This document shows positions 28,717 to 38,073 of a stretch of 57,168 nucleotides of DNA, one piece after another. Origin of the DNA: a virus (Duplodnaviria > Caudoviricetes); the IMG/VR virus record IMGVR_UViG_3300037262_000028, positions 1 through 57,168 of that record, one strand, 5' to 3'. Within the stretch, counting starts at the first letter, position 1, and every line of letters starts with the position of its first letter. The notes beneath the pieces were generated by a model. The model was given only the letters and a program-made list of their open reading frames with translations. It did not search any database and was not told where the DNA came from. The position numbers were made by a program, and so were the translations under genes.

Positions 28717-31158
28717 TTAATATACTGACGGGAAGGATGCGGGTGTGACGGAGTAAGACACAAGCACATTACCTTCGCTGTTAGGGTGTGTTCCTTCGGT
28801 GGTTGCATACCAGGGGTTCCCGTTGACAACAAATAGCCCTGTGGTGCCTGATCCGCCGTATTCCAAATAAGTGTTAGGGTCAATCAACGTGTTTATTTGC
28901 AGCAAAGATTTAATGCTGGCCGTATTTAATGCTGTATATACAGTCATTCGTGTCGACGCAGCCCCGCCAGACCATCCGCCTAATGTAACTGTCTGGTTAG
29001 CCGTTGTTTCATACATGTCTGTTGTTGTAGCAACGTCAGGTGTTGGTAGTTTCTGAATGATATTTGCGCCGGGGCAGCAATTTTTTATCAGTCTGTTTAC
29101 AGCAAACATCTCACCTAAAATAAGCGTGGCGCCCTCCCGGTTGCCCGTTGCTGAATGAGGTCCAATGTATTGCCAAACCATCGTGCCATCAACAATATTT
29201 GCACCATACGTTGTACCGGAAAGATTGGTTAGTCCGGTAGTGCCGCTTACGTCACCTGGGACAGTTACGCCAACAGCGACATAATCGCTCGTTGCGCTTG
29301 TTCCTGATACCACATCACCAATAGTGTGTGAAGCTAATGAAGCCCAAACGGTAGGCGATAAATTACAGGAATGAGAGATATCATTGTGAACCATTCCGCA
29401 TACAACATGTGTCGGATTTCCCAGTGTCAGTAAACTCTGGCGGAATTGAGAATAGGCTGAGTTCATCCAGTAAATATTTGCGTCGCCGCCCTTCGATAAA
29501 TTGAACATCGAATAGCCGGCGAGCTCATTTACGCCGCGCTCTAACCAGCCTGAATTACCTAAAGCAGAACCAAATGCGTCACCGGCATTACCGGAAGGTG
29601 AAAAATAAATCGTAATAGGTGAACCACTGCTACCGATATTCGCTGCCGCGGTGTTCCATGTTGACCCGTTAGTTGAGCCGCCGGAGATATTAGTGCCTAT
29701 GGTCCCTACATTCGTTGACCCGTTTGTCCACATCGTTTCGCCGGTCGCCATAACGACGCCGCCCAGCCCACTCACTACATTGATGATGTTGCTGGCAATA
29801 TAACCGGTAAATGATGCCATACCCCCGCCCTCAAGCGACCCGAATTCAATTGAATCGCCGACTGCAGCAATAAAAGGGGTTGGCGCATTTGTCAAAATTT
29901 GCATTTGACAAGGCGTCATGTACGTTGTAGAGCCTACAGGACTTGTGGTGTAGGCTGTGTATGTCGCGCCTGACCGTGCCTGATCACTATGGATATAGGA
30001 GAGAATGCCTGTACAGGCGCCAGAAACGGTCACCGCATTGTTTAAAGTAAGTGTTACCGATCCCGTCGCCCCCGTAGTATCTACTACGTAAGTACCGTTT
30101 GGCACAGTCGAACCTGATGGCCCCTGGAACATCTGGCCCCTGGCCCAGGCAGTACCGCTGGTAATAGTTACGGTACTGGATGCTGTAGCAGACCCGGTAC
30201 CAGTAGCCGCCGTTGTGGTGTTAAGTACGCCGAGATAGCGTTGTAAGAAGTTACTGGCGGGTTTGCAGTAAGGAAGGGCCTGTCCGTATGCCGTCACAGT
30301 TGCGCCATTAGACGCGGCGTTTGCTGCCAGGGTATAGGATGTTCCGGCAGAAACGACAGTGGCTATCGTGCCGACTTGCGCATTATTATAGAAAACCGGG
30401 CTGCCAACGCCGAAGCCGTTACCGCTTACGCTGGTGCAAGTAAGCGTATTGCCCGTAGTAGCGAATACCGCCCCAGCGATAATTATCTGGGTCGGATTCT
30501 CCATGGTGGTATGCAAGCCAAAGAAATTCGGTGACGCCAGCGGTCCTGGTGTGTAATAAGCGCCTGGATCTAATATGTCTGTTTCAATGTAGCCGGCCTG
30601 TTGTGTTGGCCCGTTGTTACTTGTGCAGGTTACGTTAGATAAAGTGTTTCCGGTATAGGGAGATGCCAGGGTGATTCCGGTCGTACCAGAATAGGTTTGA
30701 ATAATCCCTACGACAGATGTTCCGTTAAACAGAGGCTGCCCGGCCGCGATTGTCCCGAGAATATTAGAGCAGGTAACTGCGGATGAGCCCTGGCTAACTG
30801 ATACCCCTGGAATAATCGCGTAAGTAGCTGTATTCGCACCGTTAAACGTGTATTGCTGACGCGGAGTTAATCCTGTAACCGCATTTGTGAAACTCAGCTC
30901 GAATGCTACTTGAAAATTTAGCCCGAAAGGTATCTGCACTTCCTGTACTGCCCCGGATACGGTTAGCAGCATAAAAAGCGGAATTACTTGCCGGTGCTGA
31001 CGAAAACGGGTGTTCAAATAGTGGCGTGAGCGCACTGTCTGTGAAATACCGCCGCCGACATTATAGCCTTGTAAAACAGGTGTCATCGAAGGCCCGACAC
31101 CGCGCCATGTGCTGTAAGGTAATACCTGTTTGACTGAGCTTGGTGGGATAGATAGCAT
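28717..31158 (-). CDS. Large SGNH/GDSL esterase-domain virion protein with several beta modules
   Basis: Block I VGDSI, block III G..HND, block V EGTHPN; Gly/Thr-rich inserts. Confidence 0.7.
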   Translation of the reverse strand: MLSIPPSSVKQVLPYSTWRGVGPSMTPVLQGYNVGGGISQTVRSRHYLNTRFRQHRQVIPLFMLLTVSGAVQEVQIPFGLNFQVAFELSFTNAVTGLTPRQQYTFNGANTATYAIIPGVSVSQGSSAVTCSNILGTIAAGQPLFNGTSVVGIIQTYSGTTGITLASPYTGNTLSNVTCTSNNGPTQQAGYIETDILDPGAYYTPGPLASPNFFGLHTTMENPTQIIIAGAVFATTGNTLTCTSVSGNGFGVGSPVFYNNAQVGTIATVVSAGTSYTLAANAASNGATVTAYGQALPYCKPASNFLQRYLGVLNTTTAATGTGSATASSTVTITSGTAWARGQMFQGPSGSTVPNGTYVVDTTGATGSVTLTLNNAVTVSGACTGILSYIHSDQARSGATYTAYTTSPVGSTTYMTPCQMQILTNAPTPFIAAVGDSIEFGSLEGGGMASFTGYIASNIINVVSGLGGVVMATGETMWTNGSTNVGTIGTNISGGSTNGSTWNTAAANIGSSGSPITIYFSPSGNAGDAFGSALGNSGWLERGVNELAGYSMFNLSKGGDANIYWMNSAYSQFRQSLLTLGNPTHVVCGMVHNDISHSCNLSPTVWASLASHTIGDVVSGTSATSDYVAVGVTVPGDVSGTTGLTNLSGTTYGANIVDGTMVWQYIGPHSATGNREGATLILGEMFAVNRLIKNCCPGANIIQKLPTPDVATTTDMYETTANQTVTLGGWSGGAASTRMTVYTALNTASIKSLLQINTLIDPNTYLEYGGSGTTGLFVVNGNPWYATTEGTHPNSEGNVLVSYSVTPASFPSVY

Positions 31159-31160
31159 AG

Positions 31161-31613
31161 TTAATTTACGTAATAGTCAAAGGAATCGCCAGCAGTACCG
31201 TTAACCCAGTTATTATTTAAGTTTGTCCCGGCAATAACCGAAATCGCGTCGCCCGGATTAAGCCGGTACCCGCCGCCCGCTGTGGGGTACACTGCATTAG
31301 TTACCCCCGCATTGCCTATGAACCCAACGCCCACATTGCCGATATTAGCGCGGATAAAACCGCCTTGCGTAATAGTCCCCGAAGGAAAATTAACCGCTGT
31401 GCCATTTGTACCTATGCCCAGCTGGCCTGAAATTACCGTTGCAGGGCCTGGTGCGCTGGATGTAGGTACTGGGTTTGCTATTCCCAGAGCTTGCGGACTG
31501 CCATTCACGTCCAGCGCCATTAGTTGCACACCTGTTACCGTTTTACCTGTAGGCGTTCCTGTCGCAGTGGCTATTTCAAATTCGGACTGGGACGTAGTGT
31601 TAATAATTGTCAT
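31161..31613 (-). CDS. Putative small beta-sandwich structural protein
   Basis: IRANIGN.G..FIG...V....GYRLNPGD pattern; late operon. Confidence 0.6.
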   Translation of the reverse strand: MTIINTTSQSEFEIATATGTPTGKTVTGVQLMALDVNGSPQALGIANPVPTSSAPGPATVISGQLGIGTNGTAVNFPSGTITQGGFIRANIGNVGVGFIGNAGVTNAVYPTAGGGYRLNPGDAISVIAGTNLNNNWVNGTAGDSFDYYVN

Positions 31614-31626
31614 AGCGGCTCTTTAA

Positions 31627-33219
31627 TTAGTTACTGGTGCCATTAGAATGTAACCCTTCAGTGTGGGGTTCATATTCCCCTGGTCCTTCTTCGTCTGACA
31701 TATCTGCATCTGGCGGTGTAATCTCTTTATTCACGTCGATCGAGGCGTATTTCGAATCTTCGTCAGTAGCGATACGTTCGCGCGATTCCTGCGGGGCTAT
31801 CACGCCTGCGTTAATCAAAATCGCATCTGTATCAGCTTCAACTTTACGCACATTAGCTTGTGCGCTGGCATTCATCACGCCTAGTGGTTCAAACTTAAAC
31901 CCTAACGACGGGTCGATTTCGCCGTACAGTGATAATTGCACCAGGTTAAATATTTTAGTGACGTGCGGACGCACTTGCGATTCCTGCCTGGCTTCAATGG
32001 TCGCGTTAAATGACTCAAATTCACCTTCGCTGGATGCATTCAGACCGCTAGGCGTAATCCCCAGCAGTTTAATTAACGGGATGCACGTTACCGAGCTCAT
32101 GTGTTCTTGTGCCTGCGCCTGCAAATGGTCCAGACCTGCCAGTGACGCTGACACGTTCATGAAGTCTTCGCGATCTTTATCGATCATCATGATATTGCGG
32201 TTGTCACGGAATTTATTAAACACTTCCGCGCGCGCAATCATCATATCAGCAGCCCCGCCGTTCAGAATTGTGCTCATGTCCGTTTTCAGAACCATGACTG
32301 AAAAACTATGCAACAAATCAGATACGGACTGGCGTGTGCGCAACCAGTTGTCGACGTACGGCTTAGCAATTTGCGATAAACTTAAGCCGCCAAATGAATA
32401 GGCTGCTTTTAACAGATCCGGTACCGGATGCCCGATAAATGTCAGCAGACGTGACTGATGTACAGTCGTCGCCATCACATACCATGAATCAGGCTTGTAA
32501 TAATTATTTTTTAACGGGTTAATTGAGTTGTACGCAGAAGGGTAAGTCCACATCGGCTCAACAACAATCAGTTCTTTTAACGGGTGTTTTTTGGTGACTT
32601 TGGCTTTAGACAGTTCGTTTGATGTGTCGCCTAAAGGTAGTTTCAATTCGTCTGGCGTATCTGTGTCGCCTGTATCGATGTAGATGTGACCGCGACCGAA
32701 AAACCCGTCCAGTTCCAGTACATGCCGTATTTTATTCTGTACATCTAGCCGGTTGAATTCGCGTTCAATTTCCTGTATCTTTTTCGATTTATCGTCATCC
32801 CCTTTTGAGGTAAACCGAATCCAGCGCCGTGTCATCTCCTGCGCAATAATTTCAGTTATCTGACGATATTCAGGGCGCTGTGATAATTCTGCCAGATAAG
32901 GGTAACCTAAGAAACCGATCCCTTCCTGAAAATTACCCGCGCGCGCCCATTCGTATGCCTGCCCTAAATATTCATCAAGCGCCAGTTTTTCGCCTGCCGG
33001 CACGACGCCTGGTGCGATACTAGGCAGCTCAAAGGCTGAATTAAACGTGGGGTGTGCCGGTTCGCTCGTTAAACGTATCTTTGCCACCGCTTCAGCACTA
33101 ATATGCATCGCTTTAATGAGCTTTTCAATATGCTCCGGCCCTGGTTCAGACGCTTTTTGGGTGACTTCCTGCGCCTTATTTTTAGGGAGAAAACGGCGAA
33201 AAAAAGCAAAAATAGTCAT
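31627..33219 (-). CDS. Portal protein (DUF1073-type)
   Basis: FLGYPYLAELSQRPEYR, VHQSRLL, KLLGITPSGLNASSEGE; probable start 33219 (TAATG overlap). Confidence 0.9.
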   Translation of the reverse strand: MTIFAFFRRFLPKNKAQEVTQKASEPGPEHIEKLIKAMHISAEAVAKIRLTSEPAHPTFNSAFELPSIAPGVVPAGEKLALDEYLGQAYEWARAGNFQEGIGFLGYPYLAELSQRPEYRQITEIIAQEMTRRWIRFTSKGDDDKSKKIQEIEREFNRLDVQNKIRHVLELDGFFGRGHIYIDTGDTDTPDELKLPLGDTSNELSKAKVTKKHPLKELIVVEPMWTYPSAYNSINPLKNNYYKPDSWYVMATTVHQSRLLTFIGHPVPDLLKAAYSFGGLSLSQIAKPYVDNWLRTRQSVSDLLHSFSVMVLKTDMSTILNGGAADMMIARAEVFNKFRDNRNIMMIDKDREDFMNVSASLAGLDHLQAQAQEHMSSVTCIPLIKLLGITPSGLNASSEGEFESFNATIEARQESQVRPHVTKIFNLVQLSLYGEIDPSLGFKFEPLGVMNASAQANVRKVEADTDAILINAGVIAPQESRERIATDEDSKYASIDVNKEITPPDADMSDEEGPGEYEPHTEGLHSNGTSN

Positions 33220-33497
33220 TAAAATGTACTTTGATTTACCAAAAACTGGCTGACAGACGCTACCTGGGCTACGCCGGTACCGATCCACTCATACTGATGC
33301 AGCCCGACTTGCACCGGGTTAAACTGCGCGTAATATACGCCAGTCGACACTACAAGCACTGAACTGGAGTAATCAGTGACGACACCATCGGGAGTTTGTA
33401 TCTTAAATGTGACCGTTGTCGGACTTATCGGGCTACCTGCTGGCGTTGTAACGGCCAAATTTAACTGGATCAGTGTGCCTGCTGTGTACGTGTTCAT
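33219..33497 (-). CDS. Small Ig-like structural protein
   Basis: P.TVTFKIQTPDG...STGVYYA....G...YEW beta-sandwich pattern. Confidence 0.6.
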   Translation of the reverse strand: MNTYTAGTLIQLNLAVTTPAGSPISPTTVTFKIQTPDGVVTDYSSSVLVVSTGVYYAQFNPVQVGLHQYEWIGTGVAQVASVSQFLVNQSTF

Positions 33498-34585
33498 GTG
33501 TCGCCCGTAATTGCTGTTGTGACGGCGTAATCGCCTGTCGCTGAGTTGTACACCCGGTTGTCGTTTGTAACAGCAATCATCGTCACGGCAGCAGCGTAAT
33601 CGCCTACTGCTAAATTATATGCCCCATGGTCATTTGCGGCGGTGATAAACGCTGCGTAATCCGTGGCTGCCAGCTTGCCGATATTGGACCCGTGAATTAC
33701 GACGGTAACAAAACCTGCCTCTGTTAGCCCCTGCACCCCGCTGACATTAATAGTCCAGACAGGTGTACCGGTAACAACCCCCGCGGCGCTGTTTCCCTGT
33801 TTGCCTGCTAATCCTGTTCGCACCGCGCTTATTACATTACCTGCGGTAGTGGTGCCCTGAACACCTGCTGCATAAAGCCCGTCGTTCGCCGCCATCAGGC
33901 CCGCGGCGCAAGTGGCCTGTGCGCCGCTTAATGCTGCGCGTACTGCAGGTATTACTGAACCTGATGCTGACGCAGCCTGAACGCCTGCCAGTGTGCCTGT
34001 ATTAATTAAATCAGAAGTGCTGCCGGCGGCTGATGTGCCCTGAACCCCTGACACGGTGGTCTTGCCTCCCGCTGCCAGACTGCCCGGAGAAGCGGCCCCT
34101 TGCGCACCAGTTACCTGCACACTGATGCCAGGAACCAGGCTGCCGGCACCCGATACCCCTTGTGCACCGGTTAATGTTACGGCTACGGCAAGGGAGGTCG
34201 TGCCCGCACCTGATACCCCCTGCACACCTGTGGCTTGTGCCCCGCTAAAAACGACACTGCCTGCCGAAGTCGTCCCCTGGACGCCCGTTACATTAACTGC
34301 AATGACTGACGACACGGTGCCAGCGGAACTGGTTGCCTGAACCCCCGCCGTAGTTACAGCGGTCGTTACGCTGACATTTCCCGCGGCAGATGTGCCTGCA
34401 GCGCCGGTAATTGCTTGTAGCAGCGCAGGTATGGTGGTGCCTGCGGAACTGGTTGCCTGAACACCGCCAACCTGATACTGAATACGGACTGACAGAACCC
34501 CGGCAACAGAGTTCGCCTGAACTCCGGTGACGGCATAACTGACAGACCCGCCGGCTGAACCGGAAAAAAGGAGCAGCATGGACAT
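33494..34585 (-). CDS. Repeat-rich fibre/stalk-like protein
   Basis: About 15 imperfect ~19-aa repeats of VTGVQ(A/G)TSxAGxV. Confidence 0.7.
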   Translation of the reverse strand: MSMLLLFSGSAGGSVSYAVTGVQANSVAGVLSVRIQYQVGGVQATSSAGTTIPALLQAITGAAGTSAAGNVSVTTAVTTAGVQATSSAGTVSSVIAVNVTGVQGTTSAGSVVFSGAQATGVQGVSGAGTTSLAVAVTLTGAQGVSGAGSLVPGISVQVTGAQGAASPGSLAAGGKTTVSGVQGTSAAGSTSDLINTGTLAGVQAASASGSVIPAVRAALSGAQATCAAGLMAANDGLYAAGVQGTTTAGNVISAVRTGLAGKQGNSAAGVVTGTPVWTINVSGVQGLTEAGFVTVVIHGSNIGKLAATDYAAFITAANDHGAYNLAVGDYAAAVTMIAVTNDNRVYNSATGDYAVTTAITGDT

Positions 34586-34608
34586 AGTGCTGTCCTTTTA
34601 ATTAACTA

Positions 34609-35250
34609 TTAAACTGGTACTTCTTCCCAGGAAAATGAAGCTAAAAAGCCTGATGCGGCCATCACTGCAGAGGTGTAGATGAGCGCATAGCCGCCTGGGG
34701 GTAAAATAATTTCACCTTTTATATCGTAAATACCAGGCATCGATTCCGTTGTGGTTACTGCGCCGGTTCCCAGCGCACCTAAAATAGTGTCTACGGTAGG
34801 TACGACAGGCAGCGTGATCGTGGCTGAAGAGTATAACTGGGCAACAGGCTGTGCACCCGAGCCTATATTTTTTGACTTAGGATTCAGCGATGTCAGAGTT
34901 CCGCTCAGTGCTGCAATGCCGTAACCGGTGGCCAGACCAAATACCAGCGGTGCTGCTGGTGCAACAATAAAACCGATGCCGACACGTTCAATCGCGACGT
35001 TTACTGCCGAACCGACCGGGTTGTAAAGCACTACCGTACCTGTTACCGTGGTGCTTAACCCGGCGATAGTTGCTGTCGCTAAGGCTGCCTGCATCGCGCC
35101 ACCAAAACGGGACTTACGATACGTACCTTCATAACAAGGCCCGTGTAGTTCTGAAACAATTACGTCGTTCATGTTGCCGGAACGGACAACGGGCTGCGAC
35201 CCGGACGGCGAGGAAGCCGCTGGTGCGCCGGTTTGCGTAGTAATTTGCAT
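34609..35250 (-). CDS. Putative structural protein
   Basis: VSELHG..YE..YR, LYNP.GS.VN, IILPPG, FSWEEVPV motifs seen in phage virion proteins. Confidence 0.6.
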   Translation of the reverse strand: MQITTQTGAPAASSPSGSQPVVRSGNMNDVIVSELHGPCYEGTYRKSRFGGAMQAALATATIAGLSTTVTGTVVLYNPVGSAVNVAIERVGIGFIVAPAAPLVFGLATGYGIAALSGTLTSLNPKSKNIGSGAQPVAQLYSSATITLPVVPTVDTILGALGTGAVTTTESMPGIYDIKGEIILPPGGYALIYTSAVMAASGFLASFSWEEVPV

Positions 35251-35262
35251 AGTTATAACCCT

Positions 35263-36861
35263 TTAAATATAAGTAGCACTGACGCTACAAGTCGATGCGG
35301 TGATCGCTGTTGCATCCAACACGGCGATAGCGCCAGTGACTGCCCAAATTATGCCTGATGAAAACGACATACCAACAGAGGGTATCGGTAGTGCATAAGA
35401 AGCTGTTGGCGGTATATAAACGTTATAAACCGGTGTCGTCGTGCCTACCGTTGCCGTAGATGCGTTAAATAGTTTTAGCCAGACCCCTGTACTGTTGGAG
35501 TTAGATACCGACATCGACATCAGCCGGCCCCCCGAATTTTTAATTAGTTGACTTACAGGTGTTGCTGGTGCCAGCACTACTGTGGCAAATGACGTCCCGC
35601 TAGGTGTTACTGTTATGCCCAGGGCTATTTGCCCGGCTGCGGCGGCTGAAGCTGTTCCCCCTATTTGATTTATGTTAACAGGGGCGGGCGCTACGTACCC
35701 CGACGCCCAGGGTTGCGCACGTAAATAGGCTGTCGCGTTACCGGCACCCGTTACCGTTAACTTTATCCAGCGTGCTAAACAAGGGAAACTGTAAGAACCA
35801 CTCGAAATGGTGGTTACGTACCCGTTTATTATTAGCGCCGCCGTCCCGGATAACGCTGACCAGTTTACAAGGTCATTAGAACAGCTCACCGTGGCTTGCA
35901 TAACATAAGTTGTTATATTTAAGCTTTGGTACCCTGTCGTATCTATGACGAGCTGGCCGTTAACTACACCGTTTAACGGGATTGGTACTGGCGCATCTGA
36001 AACAAGTATCCGGCCATTTACATCGACCGCTGGCTGATTAACTATCTTAAAGCGTGCCGCAAGACCTAACGTATCATCAAATAAGGCAGACATAAAATCG
36101 ACGTTGGCAAAATCGCCAGCCGGGTCGCCCGTTATTGCCTGAAATAGCGGCCCGTCAGATGATGTTGCTGCTAACGTGGCCGGGTCGGGAACACTGCTGC
36201 TGCTAATAACGGTGACTGGCAGTCCTGCGCCCGGTGCGATAGCCACACCGTTGATTTCGTTTAATGCGACGGGCAGGTTACCTAAATTAGTCACCGGCAT
36301 AATAGCGCCGTATGCCACATTCAAATTAAACAGGGTGGTCGTGTTGGGACCGACATTTTGCGCCGTTACTTTGACGTAGTTACCGTTCAAAATGCGTGAG
36401 ATATTAACCGCGTTGTCCGGCGTGACTAAATACGTCCACACATCGGCCAGATTTACCCCGAGAATATCGACATATTGCAAAACAGTTAGTATAAGCGGCT
36501 GATCTGATGTACATAAAAACGTGATAGCCGGTTCCGCTTCCGCTGTTTCAATCGCGCCGGGAAATATTTGCCCGGGGGCTAATTGTGCGGTGCTGGTATT
36601 AACTGTACTGTAAAAAAAATTAGTCGCGCCCAGCGCAACCATCAGCCCGTTTTGGCCGGCACCGGCTGATAAACTGTTAATCGGGGAACCGGAACCGTCA
36701 TTACTGTTAACGCTTCCGGTCCATGCCGATTCGCTGCTACCGTCAGCCCCACCCCCTACGTCGAGGATGGTCATCGGTGTTTTAACACCTGCGTTGACCG
36801 TTTTTGCTACCGTACGGATTATATCGCCGGCCCCGCCGCTTGATGCGCTATTGTCACTCAT
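35263..36861 (-). CDS. Putative multidomain beta-rich structural protein
   Basis: 532 aa; C-terminal KNSGGRL..., WLKLFN..TATVGTTTP, GMSFSSGI jelly-roll-like pattern. Confidence 0.6.
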   Translation of the reverse strand: MSDNSASSGGAGDIIRTVAKTVNAGVKTPMTILDVGGGADGSSESAWTGSVNSNDGSGSPINSLSAGAGQNGLMVALGATNFFYSTVNTSTAQLAPGQIFPGAIETAEAEPAITFLCTSDQPLILTVLQYVDILGVNLADVWTYLVTPDNAVNISRILNGNYVKVTAQNVGPNTTTLFNLNVAYGAIMPVTNLGNLPVALNEINGVAIAPGAGLPVTVISSSSVPDPATLAATSSDGPLFQAITGDPAGDFANVDFMSALFDDTLGLAARFKIVNQPAVDVNGRILVSDAPVPIPLNGVVNGQLVIDTTGYQSLNITTYVMQATVSCSNDLVNWSALSGTAALIINGYVTTISSGSYSFPCLARWIKLTVTGAGNATAYLRAQPWASGYVAPAPVNINQIGGTASAAAAGQIALGITVTPSGTSFATVVLAPATPVSQLIKNSGGRLMSMSVSNSNSTGVWLKLFNASTATVGTTTPVYNVYIPPTASYALPIPSVGMSFSSGIIWAVTGAIAVLDATAITASTCSVSATYI

Positions 36862-36867
36862 GACTTA

Positions 36868-37548
36868 TTAAGCGATACGAATTAAAGAGGTGGTTGAGCC
36901 TACTGTGGGCAGGAGTATAGTAAATGTGCCAGCCGTTACGGTTTGTGTACCGCCAAAGCTGCCGATATAAGCGCAATAAGTCTGGTTACTCGCGTTATAA
37001 ATCATGCATCCTGATGTGCTAAACGTAGCCGATGTCCAGCTCGGGTTTGTTGTGGGCTGCGTGACAGCGACCAGCGTGTTCAGCACCGGTGTGGTATTTA
37101 ATGCGCCGCCGCACGCCTGTCCGCCCTGTATATATCCGCCCGATCCGGCTAATTCATCGGTGCCTAAGTTGGTTGTTGTGGGCGACCCTGAACTTGACCC
37201 CCACTGAACCGACCCCGCGCCATATGTTCCTGTCACCGTCGCAATCATCAGGGCACAATTAAAATTATGCCCGACGAAGGTTAATGTAGGTGACCCGGCA
37301 CCTGTGCATGCCTGGGTGATATAGCAAGACGTGGTACTGTCGATCGCACCCACAAAACTGTTTGCCGGTACGTTGGTGCCTGATACGCTGCAACCGATAG
37401 CTACGTTGGCCAGCGACGACAGTGCTGTGATATGTGTGCTTGTGTTAGCCGTTGTGCCGGTCGCTGTACCCGAACCGTTAAAGCAGTGGCCGCCCTGTAA
37501 GACGCTGACCTTAAACTGAGAGGGGAGTGCGGTAGTAATACCAGCCAT
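36868..37548 (-). CDS. Putative structural protein with one inserted beta module
   Basis: MAGITTAL.SQFK..VLQG.H.F start; E..G.GGY..GG; FGGTQTVTAGTFTI..P end. Confidence 0.65.
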   Translation of the reverse strand: MAGITTALPSQFKVSVLQGGHCFNGSGTATGTTANTSTHITALSSLANVAIGCSVSGTNVPANSFVGAIDSTTSCYITQACTGAGSPTLTFVGHNFNCALMIATVTGTYGAGSVQWGSSSGSPTTTNLGTDELAGSGGYIQGGQACGGALNTTPVLNTLVAVTQPTTNPSWTSATFSTSGCMIYNASNQTYCAYIGSFGGTQTVTAGTFTILLPTVGSTTSLIRIA

Positions 37549-37550
37549 GG

Positions 37551-38054
37551 TTATTCTCCGGTCGTGATCGTCGCGCTGTCACCAGCAGGGGTAACAGCCG
37601 GTGCCAGTGTGGCTTTAAATTCGATACTGTGACCAAGGTCAGGATTGCGGTCTGCGTGCCAGCTTCGTTCAATTTGCATACTTGTCTGAAAATGCGATAT
37701 TAGTGTGGCGCGAATACGGTCAGGCATTGCCGGGTCGCTAAAATCGGGCGCCCACTGGGTGGCCTGGCCTGCGGCGATAATCGCCGCTACAGCAGCGTCT
37801 AAATCGGTATGGTCAGACGGGCTGCCGTCAGCGACCAGCCGGCTGCTGTCGTTAGCGATAAACAACCGTTCCCCGGCTTGTACCTCGTCGTGGTGCTTTT
37901 CCAGAATATCGACAATAGCGCCCATTAGCTTAATACCTACGCCGCGTTTTTCCGGTGCGATGTCATCAGCGATAGCCAGAATATGGGTGGCTGTGGCTTC
38001 TGCCCAGGCTGCGCCGGAGTGCGGGCCGCCGTTAGTGATCAGGATACCTTGCAT
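37551..38054 (-). CDS. Hypothetical protein
   Basis: Open 167-aa ORF in the late operon with an AAAGG RBS. Confidence 0.65.
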   Translation of the reverse strand: MQGILITNGGPHSGAAWAEATATHILAIADDIAPEKRGVGIKLMGAIVDILEKHHDEVQAGERLFIANDSSRLVADGSPSDHTDLDAAVAAIIAAGQATQWAPDFSDPAMPDRIRATLISHFQTSMQIERSWHADRNPDLGHSIEFKATLAPAVTPAGDSATITTGE

Positions 38055-38073
38055 GATAAGCCTTTTAAATAAT

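Noticed and set aside
31637-32401. Long antisense ORFs opposite portal and other late genes
   Set aside because: Ser-rich mirror frames of well-supported minus-strand genes, with no motifs.
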